Below, piece by piece: positions 26,459-34,646 of a DNA stretch of 35,939 nt (its first letter is position 1; every line of letters begins with the position of its first letter). This stretch comes from a virus (taxonomy: Duplodnaviria; Heunggongvirae; Uroviricota; Caudoviricetes), in IMG/VR virus record IMGVR_UViG_2627853983_000005; one strand, given 5' to 3'. The notes under the pieces were generated by a model, which did no database searches, was not told where the DNA came from, and saw only the letters and a program-made list of their open reading frames with translations. Both the position numbers and the translations under genes were made by a program.

Positions 26459-27259
26459 ATGATTACTCCTGCACAACAACACTGGCAGAACGTGATGGCA
26501 CAGCGCGCAGGCCGGGCGAATGAAGGTGTGGACCACGCCGCGTGTACCGCGCATGAAGAGGTGCTGTATCGTCTGCGTCTGGCACAGGCCAGGCTAAAGG
26601 CCATACAGGCCAGAAGCGCGAAAGCCGCCATCAAAAAAGAGTTGTTGCCGGACTTTTCCGGCTGGATTGAGGGAACGCTGGAGGCTGACGGCGGGCAACA
26701 GGACGAAGTAATTGCCACGCTGATGGTGTGGGCGATTGACTGCGGCGATCTTCCGCTGGCGCTGCGTATTGGTGCATATGTGGTCCGTCACAACCTCATC
26801 ATGCCGGATAACTTTGGCCGTACTGCTGCCACGGTACTGACCGAAGAAATCTGCAACCCGGTACTGACGCAGGCTGGGACGGATGCCGACGCGGATTTAT
26901 CCGCCTTTATCGAACCACTGGACACACTTTGGGAAATTATCGCCAACCAGGACATGCCGGACGAAGTGCGCGCCAAATTATGCAAGGCGTGTGCCTTTGC
27001 CCGTCGTGGCCTGACCGATGCAGACAACATGGCCTCATCACTGAAGCTGCTGCGCGAAGCGATGCACCTGAACCCGAACGCAGGTGTGAAACGCGAGATT
27101 GCAACCCTTTCCCGCGCCCTGAAAAAAGCCGATTCCGCAGCCGAACCAGAAGACGCCAGCGCACAGCAGGCGCAGGACGAAAGCAGCAAAAGTAAAAAGA
27201 CAACGCGGAAGCCTGCAACACGAAAAACCACCGCGACGCAGAAGGCAAAGCGCGGTTAA
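26459..27259 (+). CDS. M: Terminase small/endonuclease subunit gpM
   Basis: 266 aa after N; basic Lys/Arg-rich C-terminal tail. Confidence 0.85.
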   Translation: MITPAQQHWQNVMAQRAGRANEGVDHAACTAHEEVLYRLRLAQARLKAIQARSAKAAIKKELLPDFSGWIEGTLEADGGQQDEVIATLMVWAIDCGDLPLALRIGAYVVRHNLIMPDNFGRTAATVLTEEICNPVLTQAGTDADADLSAFIEPLDTLWEIIANQDMPDEVRAKLCKACAFARRGLTDADNMASSLKLLREAMHLNPNAGVKREIATLSRALKKADSAAEPEDASAQQAQDESSKSKKTTRKPATRKTTATQKAKRG

Positions 27260-27360
27260 CGACTGACCCCGTCAGCGGGCGGCGTGCGCGGTGTTCCGGT
27301 TTGACTCCGTGACCGTTTACACCGCGCACCCACCGCCCGATTTTTTCAGGAGTGAACCCC

Positions 27361-27855
27361 ATGAGTATGGTTGCCAGAACTAACCCCGGCCCCGCAGAGG
27401 ACGACATCACCGACACCGATGATGGCGATACCCGTATTTCAGCGGGTGCATTCTGGCCGGATATTGTGCTGCGCGAGCTGCGTCTGGCGGTACGACTGCC
27501 GGGCCGCGTGACCACCTCCCGCCTGCTGCATACCGCCACCGGGGCCATAGCACACGTTACCCGCGAGCTGGAAGCATGGCAGCAGGAACAACAGGCGGCT
27601 GGCTATCAGACGCTGGCCGATGTTCCGGCCCCTGTAATTAACGGAGAAAGCGTCAATCTCTGGCACTGGCGCAATGCTGTTTATACCGCCACACGCGCCC
27701 TGATTCTGGAGCGTTACCGCGATGCGGACACAACGGACAAGGGCGACCGCCGGGCGGACGCACTGGATATACAGACATCGGATTTGTGGCGCGATGTGAG
27801 CTGGGCCATCTCTGACATTCTGGGACGACCGCGAATGTTTGCGGAGCTGTGCTGA
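27361..27855 (+). CDS. L: Head completion/stabilisation protein gpL
   Basis: ATG 27361 with AGGAG RBS; 164 aa; position as P2 L. Confidence 0.8.
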   Translation: MSMVARTNPGPAEDDITDTDDGDTRISAGAFWPDIVLRELRLAVRLPGRVTTSRLLHTATGAIAHVTRELEAWQQEQQAAGYQTLADVPAPVINGESVNLWHWRNAVYTATRALILERYRDADTTDKGDRRADALDIQTSDLWRDVSWAISDILGRPRMFAELC

Positions 27856-28055
27856 TGAAAGTGAAGGCACTGGAAGGCGACACCGTGGATTCGCTCTGTT
27901 TCCGGTACTACGGCACGACACAGGGCGTCACCGAAAAGGTGCTGGATGCCAACCCCGGACTCTGTCAGCAGGTATTTCTGGACGCCGGGCAGGAAGTGGA
28001 GATGCCGGAGCCGGAGAAGAAGAAACGAGAAATGATTCAGTTGTGGGGGGAGTAG
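27849..28055 (+). CDS. X: Tail protein X (LysM-like)
   Basis: 68 aa between L and holin as in P2. Confidence 0.75.
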   Translation: MLMKVKALEGDTVDSLCFRYYGTTQGVTEKVLDANPGLCQQVFLDAGQEVEMPEPEKKKREMIQLWGE

Positions 28056-28057
28056 CA

Positions 28058-28381
28058 GTGAGCACCATTCAAACAGGGATCACAGAGCAGGTTATTGCGT
28101 GGCTCTTTGACCACCTGCCAACGGTGTATGCAGTAGGCGCGGCGGTCAGCATTTCCGCGCTGATGAGTCTTTATGACGGACGAACACTGGTTCAGACCGT
28201 AACGGGATCGCTGGCGTGCGGCGTTCTTGCCATGGCCGTGGCCGGGTCGCTGCGCTTCTTCGGGATCCCTGAGGATGCAGTGACGTTTTTTGGTGCCTCA
28301 ATCGGTTTTATGGGCGCAGAGAAAGCACGCGACAAGGTTATTGCAATATTTGATCGCAGGGTGAAGGAGAGGAACGAATGA
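28058..28381 (+). CDS. Holin (putative, 3 TM helices)
   Basis: GTG 28058 after GGGGGG; hydrophobic segments; immediately upstream of endolysin. Confidence 0.6.
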   Translation: MSTIQTGITEQVIAWLFDHLPTVYAVGAAVSISALMSLYDGRTLVQTVTGSLACGVLAMAVAGSLRFFGIPEDAVTFFGASIGFMGAEKARDKVIAIFDRRVKERNE

Positions 28382-28770
28382 GCAACACATTTAAATTCAG
28401 CAGCCGGAGCGAAAAGAATTTGCAGGGTGTAAATCCTGATCTGGTGAAAGTGACCCGACGGGCGCTGGAAATCTCGGAAGTGGATTTTGGTATCACCGAA
28501 GGATTGCGCAGTCGTTATCGTCAGAAGCAGCTCGTGACCACAGGCAAGAGCCAGACCATGAACAGTCGCCATCTCACAGGGCATGCCGTGGATGTTGTGG
28601 CTTATGTCGGCAACCAGGTGTCATGGGAATGGCCGCTGTACGAAAAAATCGCAGCAGCATTCAGACAGGCCAGCCAGGAACTGAATATTCCGGTGGAATG
28701 GGGCGGCGACTGGAAGACCCTGAAAGACGGACCGCATTTTCAGTTACCACACGGAGCCTATCCGGCATGA
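28378..28770 (+). CDS. Endolysin, L-alanyl-D-glutamate peptidase (M15 family)
   Basis: Motifs SRHLTGHAVDVV and DGPHFQL typical of M15/VanY-like phage endopeptidases; 130 aa. Confidence 0.75.
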   Translation: MSNTFKFSSRSEKNLQGVNPDLVKVTRRALEISEVDFGITEGLRSRYRQKQLVTTGKSQTMNSRHLTGHAVDVVAYVGNQVSWEWPLYEKIAAAFRQASQELNIPVEWGGDWKTLKDGPHFQLPHGAYPA

Positions 28771-29162
28771 AGCTCTGGCCCACGCTTGGCGTCGCTTTCC
28801 TTCTGATTACATCCATGCGTCTGTCGTGGTCGCTGGGCCGGGAGAACGCCAGAAACGAAGCGCAGGCCAGCACCCTGAAAAGTACCGTCGACACACTGAA
28901 TATCATCAGCGCCGGGGTACAGGATATGCAGCAGGTGCTGGCTCAGCTCCGCGCGGAAAATCAGCAACGCAATCAGGACGGAGAGGTAAGACGTGAACAG
29001 CTACGCAACGATATTGCAAAAGATGAATGCGCCCACGCTTTGCCTGACGCTCGTTTTACTGACAGGTTGCGCAGGCACGCAGAACGCGCCAGGGCCAGCG
29101 CCGTCAGTCCGGCTTATACCGCAGACGCTGACCATGCCGGTAACGCCTCCCCCCTTCCCTGA
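28767..29162 (+). CDS. i-spanin (Rz/LysB-like)
   Basis: ATG overlaps endolysin stop; N-terminal TM then coiled-coil; next ORF embedded out of frame. Confidence 0.6.
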   Translation: MKLWPTLGVAFLLITSMRLSWSLGRENARNEAQASTLKSTVDTLNIISAGVQDMQQVLAQLRAENQQRNQDGEVRREQLRNDIAKDECAHALPDARFTDRLRRHAERARASAVSPAYTADADHAGNASPLP

Positions 29163-29304
29163 CCCACCCACATGGGGAAACCTCGGAATATGGGGCGACC
29201 GCCTTCTGGATGCACTGGAAACCTGTAACGCGGATAAACGGGCCATTGCTGAACTGGATAAGAGAATAGCCGAACTGACACACCAGACGGGAGTAACACA
29301 ATGA
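29023..29304 (+). CDS. o-spanin lipoprotein (Rz1/LysC-like)
   Basis: Lipobox LLTGC after signal peptide; Pro-rich; embedded in +1 frame of i-spanin. Confidence 0.6.
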   Translation: MNAPTLCLTLVLLTGCAGTQNAPGPAPSVRLIPQTLTMPVTPPPFPDPPTWGNLGIWGDRLLDALETCNADKRAIAELDKRIAELTHQTGVTQ

Positions 29305-31178
29305 CCAGTAAGAACTTTGCACTGATTACAGCCATGACACAGGCTGAACTGACTCAAAAGGTGAATGAACATCTTGCGAAAGGGTGGCATCTTCAGGGGG
29401 AGACGCGGGTTGCCTACGAACCCGGCACCCCGTGGTATCTAATGCAGGCAATGGTGGCCGATGGCACTACAGACATCTCACCTGATTCCCCCCAGCACGG
29501 CAGCGTGCCGGAGTGGTATTACGTGGTGGTACTTGCTGGTCAATCCAATGCCATGTCATATGGTGAGGGAATGCCGCTGCCGGATTCTTACGATGCGCCC
29601 CACCCACGCATTAAGCAACTGGCCCGTCGCAACACAGTGACTCCCGGTGGTAAAGCATGCGCATTTAACGACATCATTCCGGCAGACCACTGCCTGCATG
29701 ATGTTCAGGATATGAGCGCACTGAATCACCCGAATGCAGACCTGAGCAAAGGGCAGTATGGCTGTGTCGGACAGGGCTTGCATATTGCCAAACGCCTGTT
29801 GCCTTACATTCCACAGAATGCCGGGATTTTACTGGTTCCATGCTGTCGTGGTGGTTCGGCATTCACCCAGGGCGCGGAGGGGACATTCAGCGAGTCCACA
29901 GGAGCCAGTCAGGATTCGGCTCGCTGGGGTGTGGGTAAACCTTTATATCAGGACCTGATTTTGCGCACGAAGGCCGCATTGCAGAAAAACCCAAAAAACA
30001 TGCTGCTGGCCGTATGCTGGATGCAGGGCGAATTTGACATGAGCGCCGCTACGTACTCACAGCAACCTCCGCTGTTTACGGCCATGCTGAAACAGTTTCG
30101 TGCGGACATTACCGAGTTTAACACGCAGTGTCATGGAGGCAGAGCGGCAAGTGTGCCATGGATTTGTGGTGACACGACGTATTACTGGAAAAACACCTAC
30201 GGCACGCAGTACGACACCATTTACGGGGCGTACAAAAACAGGGAGAGCGACAACGTTTTCTTTGTGCCGTTCCTGACCGATGGTAGTGGCAACAATACCT
30301 CCACCAACGCACCAACGGAAGATCCGGATGCTGCAAGTGAGGGATATTACGGTTCGGCATCCCGAACGAACAAAAACTGGGTATCATCAAATCGCCAGAC
30401 GCATTTCAGCTCATGGGCGCGTCGTGGCATTATTCCCGATCGTATGGCAACCGCTATTCTGAACGTAGCCGGTCGCACCTTAGCCTTCATCAGTGGTAAG
30501 GCACCGGAAATCAAACCCTCGCCCGGCGGCGACACGCCATCGGGGCCGTCTGAAGATGCATCCGTACGCACAATCTCCCTGTTGCCGACAGCCGGAGATG
30601 CTGCTGCGCAGGGCTGGAGCATTAAGAATGGCGGAATTCAGTTGTCAGAGGGTGTATTTAAGATCACCAAGCAGAGCAATAAAGCCTGGTCCCTGACGCG
30701 CCCGGTGGATGACGCAGTCTCCCTGCTGACACGGGGTGGCAGACTGAGCTGTAAGTTTCGACTGTCAGGCGCACTGACCAACAATCAGTTCGGTCTGGGA
30801 ATTTATCTGTATACCGATGTAGCGTTACCTGACGTCGTGGCGATGACCGGGACTGGTAACCCGTTCCTGATGTCGTTCTTCACCCAGACCACAGACGGCA
30901 AACTGAATCTGATGCATCACAAGAAAGCAGGAAACACAAAGTTGGGCGAGTTCGGGAATTACAGTAACGACTGGCAGACGCTGGAGCTGGTGTTCACCGC
31001 CGGCAGTGCCACGGTTACTCCGAAACTGAATGGAGTGGCTGGCCCGGCATTCCAGGTCATAAAAGACAGTCTGACACTGGGGCTGAATGCGCTGACGTTA
31101 ACTGATATCACTAAAAATGCCGCGTACGGCGTCGATATCGGCAGCCTGGTGCTGGAAATCAATAATCCCGCAGCATAA
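29301..31178 (+). CDS. NanS-like sialate 9-O-acetylesterase moron (N-terminal DUF1737-like, SASA/SGNH esterase core, C-terminal domain of unknown function)
   Basis: VVVLAGQSNAMSYGEG, HPRIKQLAR, CCRGGSAF, WMQGEFD motifs as recalled for E. coli NanS and prophage NanS-p; 625 aa; inserted between spanins and R. Confidence 0.7.
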   Translation: MTSKNFALITAMTQAELTQKVNEHLAKGWHLQGETRVAYEPGTPWYLMQAMVADGTTDISPDSPQHGSVPEWYYVVVLAGQSNAMSYGEGMPLPDSYDAPHPRIKQLARRNTVTPGGKACAFNDIIPADHCLHDVQDMSALNHPNADLSKGQYGCVGQGLHIAKRLLPYIPQNAGILLVPCCRGGSAFTQGAEGTFSESTGASQDSARWGVGKPLYQDLILRTKAALQKNPKNMLLAVCWMQGEFDMSAATYSQQPPLFTAMLKQFRADITEFNTQCHGGRAASVPWICGDTTYYWKNTYGTQYDTIYGAYKNRESDNVFFVPFLTDGSGNNTSTNAPTEDPDAASEGYYGSASRTNKNWVSSNRQTHFSSWARRGIIPDRMATAILNVAGRTLAFISGKAPEIKPSPGGDTPSGPSEDASVRTISLLPTAGDAAAQGWSIKNGGIQLSEGVFKITKQSNKAWSLTRPVDDAVSLLTRGGRLSCKFRLSGALTNNQFGLGIYLYTDVALPDVVAMTGTGNPFLMSFFTQTTDGKLNLMHHKKAGNTKLGEFGNYSNDWQTLELVFTAGSATVTPKLNGVAGPAFQVIKDSLTLGLNALTLTDITKNAAYGVDIGSLVLEINNPAA

Positions 31179-31201
31179 GGAAGAGCAGGAGAGCAAAACA
31201 G

Positions 31202-31669
31202 ATGCTTAAGACAAACAGTCTGCGAGAGTCCATGCTTCATGGGTGTCGGTGGTGCCAGGCTAATCCCGAGAAATTCACCATTTTCGTGGAGAGCGGCAAC
31301 ATTGAAACGACCGGAGAAGCGCCCTCGTTTGTTTACCGCTATCAGATGGTGATGTTTGTCATGGATTACGCCGGAGAGCTGGACGACCTCACGCTGCCGC
31401 TGCTGGCGTGGTTATCCGAAAATCAGCCACAGTTGTTGCTCAATCCGGAGCGTAATCAGGACATCAAATTTTCTGCCGTTATCAATGACGATGACAGCGC
31501 CGATCTCCTGTTTACGCTCCCCCTGCGGGAACGCGTTCGCATCACGCGCAACAGTCAGGGCACACCGCAGGCAGAACACCTGCCGGAGCCAAAACCCCGT
31601 CTGCCTTCTTCCGAAGGCGACTGGTCGCATGTATTCCAGGATGTGACGTGGGGTGAAAGCGATGGATAA
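31202..31669 (+). CDS. R: Tail completion protein gpR
   Basis: 155 aa, size and position as P2 R. Confidence 0.8.
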   Translation: MLKTNSLRESMLHGCRWCQANPEKFTIFVESGNIETTGEAPSFVYRYQMVMFVMDYAGELDDLTLPLLAWLSENQPQLLLNPERNQDIKFSAVINDDDSADLLFTLPLRERVRITRNSQGTPQAEHLPEPKPRLPSSEGDWSHVFQDVTWGESDG

Positions 31670-32297
31670 GGCATTCACCCGCGTGGATGAAACCTTTGAG
31701 GCTATCCGCGACAGCCTGAATCAGCAGGCCATCAATAACATCGCCAGAAAGCTGGCACAGGATTTACGTCGCGCCCAGCAGGCACGTATCCGGTCACAAA
31801 AAGCGCCGGACGGGACCGAATGGACACCACGCAGACGCCGCGTAACCCGGATACAGGAGCGCATTCGCTTTATCTGGAATAACGAAGCACGCACGCTGAA
31901 AAACTGGCATCACGACACAGGGAAATACGGGCGAACCATTACCGGGTGGGATGAGGATAAAAACAATATCCGCACGTTTTACCGGGATGACATCGACCGT
32001 TTTCTGGAAATACGCACCCGGCGCATCAACCAGGACAGCACAAAGCGCGTCCCCATGTTCGTAAAACTGCGCACCGCCCGCTACCTGAAAGCCCGTGCAG
32101 ATGCCTCCGGTGTGACGGTGGGTTACAGCGGCGTGGCCGCACGTATTGCACGCGTTCATCAGTTCGGTGAGCGCGATCAGGTTGCGCCGGGCATTTTCAC
32201 CGATTACCCGGTACGTGAGCTGTTGGGTATCAGCCAGGCAGATGAGCGCCTGATTTATAACACGGTGCTGGGCCGGATTGCGGAGGCTGTACGGTGA
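31662..32297 (+). CDS. S: Tail completion protein gpS
   Basis: Starts MDKAFTRV; overlaps R stop; 211 aa. Confidence 0.75.
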   Translation: MDKAFTRVDETFEAIRDSLNQQAINNIARKLAQDLRRAQQARIRSQKAPDGTEWTPRRRRVTRIQERIRFIWNNEARTLKNWHHDTGKYGRTITGWDEDKNNIRTFYRDDIDRFLEIRTRRINQDSTKRVPMFVKLRTARYLKARADASGVTVGYSGVAARIARVHQFGERDQVAPGIFTDYPVRELLGISQADERLIYNTVLGRIAEAVR

Positions 32298-32875
32298 GCG
32301 CAGAACTCATGCGACTGCTGAGCAACATCATCCGCACCGGGATCATCTCTGAAGTTGATGAGAAGTCCTGGCGCGTGCGCGTTCGCAGCGGCGAACTGGA
32401 AACAGGCTGGTTGCGCTGGAACACCACGCGCGCGGGAGCCTTCAATGTGTGGCTGCCGCCATCACCAGGCGAACAGGTGGTAATTGCCTGCATTGGCGGC
32501 AACCCGGAAACCGCCATGATAATTGGCAGCCTGTGGAGTGATGCCAGTCCGGCCCCCGGCAAAAGCCTGAAAGAAATCGTGGTCAGCGCGCCGGATGGCG
32601 CGGTGTTCCGCTACGACGCAGACGCTGGCGCACTGAGCGCCAGCGGCATGAAAACAGCCACCCTGCAGGCATCCGTCAGCGTGACACTGGATACGCCCGT
32701 CGTGGAATGCACAAACCTTCTGAGAACGGCGACGCTTGACGTCACAAAAGAGGGAAAGATGAGCGGCAATATCACGCACAGCGGCGGCAATTTCACCTCA
32801 AACGGCATTACCGTGCATACGCATAAGCACGGTGGCGTTAAAGGTGGCAGCGATTCGACAGGAGGCCCGCAGTGA
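32294..32875 (+). CDS. V: Baseplate central spike gpV
   Basis: 193 aa; position as P2 V. Confidence 0.85.
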   Translation: MSAELMRLLSNIIRTGIISEVDEKSWRVRVRSGELETGWLRWNTTRAGAFNVWLPPSPGEQVVIACIGGNPETAMIIGSLWSDASPAPGKSLKEIVVSAPDGAVFRYDADAGALSASGMKTATLQASVSVTLDTPVVECTNLLRTATLDVTKEGKMSGNITHSGGNFTSNGITVHTHKHGGVKGGSDSTGGPQ

Positions 32876-33222
32876 CAACCCGCTACACAGGAATGAACCC
32901 GGACGGGACGGGAAACCTGAACGATATGGAGCACCTGAAACAGTCAGTCAGGGACATCCTGATCACCCCGCTGGCAAGCCGGGTTATGCGACGGGAATAT
33001 GGCAGCCTTGTGCCTGATTTGATTGACGAACCCATGAATAACACCACGCGTCTGCAATGCATGAGTGCTGCCGTGATTGCGCTGACACGATGGGAACCCC
33101 GCATTGCCCTGGACGCCATCGACGTTGTCTGGAAGGCAGGAGGCCGCGCCGGGGTGACGCTGTCGGGCACTGTCATGCAGACCATGCAGAATGTTGAATT
33201 AACCATCACGCTGAGAGAGTAA
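32872..33222 (+). CDS. W: Baseplate wedge protein gpW (gp25-like)
   Basis: 116 aa; position and size as P2 W. Confidence 0.85.
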   Translation: MTTRYTGMNPDGTGNLNDMEHLKQSVRDILITPLASRVMRREYGSLVPDLIDEPMNNTTRLQCMSAAVIALTRWEPRIALDAIDVVWKAGGRAGVTLSGTVMQTMQNVELTITLRE

Positions 33223-33225
33223 ATC

Positions 33226-34122
33226 ATGCCTGCTGTTGATCTTTCCCAGTTACCGGAACCCGCCATCATCGCGGAGCCTGATTTTGAGGCAATTCTGGCT
33301 GACACAAAGGCCATGATGATTGCGTCCTATCCTGCCGAACAGCGTGAAGCCGTCTCCGCCGCGCTGGAGCTGGAATCAGAACCCCTGAACGTTATCGCTC
33401 AAACCATGTCGTTTCGTGAAATGCTGTTACGCCAGCGGGTTAACGAGGGCGCACGCGCCTGCATGTTAAGCCACGGTTCAGGGACAAACCTGGACAACCT
33501 CGCGGGCAATATGAACACAAAGCGCCTGGTTATCACTCCGGCAACGGATACCACCGACGCGGTGATGGAGAGCGACACCTCGCTGAGACTGCGGGCGCAG
33601 CGGGCGTATGACGGCCTGAGTGTTGCTGGCCCGTCAGGTGCATACGAGTATTTTGCACGCAGCGCCAGCGGTCTGGTGCGTGATGCGCGGGCCATCAGCC
33701 CGTCTCCGGCCTGTGTGACGGTTTCCATTCTGTCCACTGAAGGCGACGGCACAGCAACGGAGGCGTTGCTTAATACCGTTCGCGCCGTTCTGAATGCAGA
33801 GGATACCCGCCCGGTGGCCGACCGACTGACCGTACAGAGCGCCAGCATCGTGACATGGCGGCTGAATGCAAAACTGTACTTTTACCCCGGCCCGGAATCC
33901 GAACCTATTCTGGCTGCGGCTGAATCGTCGTTCAGGAAGTGGCTGGCTGAGCAGGGGCTTATTGGTCAGGACGTGGCGTTGTCAGCCATTGCTGCCGCAC
34001 TTCATGTGCACGGCGTGCAACGCGTGGAGATAATCGAACCCACACAGAATATGGCCATCAGCGACATACAGGCGGCGCGCTGTGAGTCATTCACCATCAG
34101 CGAAGGTGGGCGTAATGAGTAA
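33226..34122 (+). CDS. J: Baseplate wedge protein gpJ
   Basis: 298 aa; position and size as P2 J. Confidence 0.85.
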   Translation: MPAVDLSQLPEPAIIAEPDFEAILADTKAMMIASYPAEQREAVSAALELESEPLNVIAQTMSFREMLLRQRVNEGARACMLSHGSGTNLDNLAGNMNTKRLVITPATDTTDAVMESDTSLRLRAQRAYDGLSVAGPSGAYEYFARSASGLVRDARAISPSPACVTVSILSTEGDGTATEALLNTVRAVLNAEDTRPVADRLTVQSASIVTWRLNAKLYFYPGPESEPILAAAESSFRKWLAEQGLIGQDVALSAIAAALHVHGVQRVEIIEPTQNMAISDIQAARCESFTISEGGRNE

Positions 34123-34645
34123 TTCACTGTTACCGCCATCAGCCAGCAATTTCATGCGTTGCGCCGAAGCTGTCGGAGCGCGCATTACAGACATCCCGGT
34201 AGACCTCAACACGCTGTGGTCACCGGACACCTGCCCGGTGCATCTGCTGCCTTATCTCGCCTGGGCATTTTCCGTTGACCGCTGGGATCGCAACTGGCCG
34301 GAAGAGACAAAGCGACAGGTGATTCGTGATGCATGGCTGATACACCGACACAAAGGGACCATCAGCGCACTGCGCCGGGCCATTGAGCCGCTGGGATACC
34401 TCATTCGCGTGTCTGAGTGGTGGGAGTTCGGCGGAGAACCGGGAACATTTACCGTTGAAGTCGGCACGCTGGACAGTGGCGTGACGGAGGAAATGTATCT
34501 GGAAATGGAGCGGTTGATTGCTGATGCCCGCCCGGTCAGCCGCCACATGACAGGGCTGAATATCATTCAGGAGATTCAGGGAGATATTTTCGCGGCGGCA
34601 GCAACTTACGACGGCGAAGTCATTACCATTTATCCGGACGATTAA
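34115..34645 (+). CDS. I: Baseplate protein gpI
   Basis: ATG 34115 overlapping J stop; 176 aa. Confidence 0.85.
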   Translation: MSNSLLPPSASNFMRCAEAVGARITDIPVDLNTLWSPDTCPVHLLPYLAWAFSVDRWDRNWPEETKRQVIRDAWLIHRHKGTISALRRAIEPLGYLIRVSEWWEFGGEPGTFTVEVGTLDSGVTEEMYLEMERLIADARPVSRHMTGLNIIQEIQGDIFAAAATYDGEVITIYPDD

Positions 34646-34646
34646 G

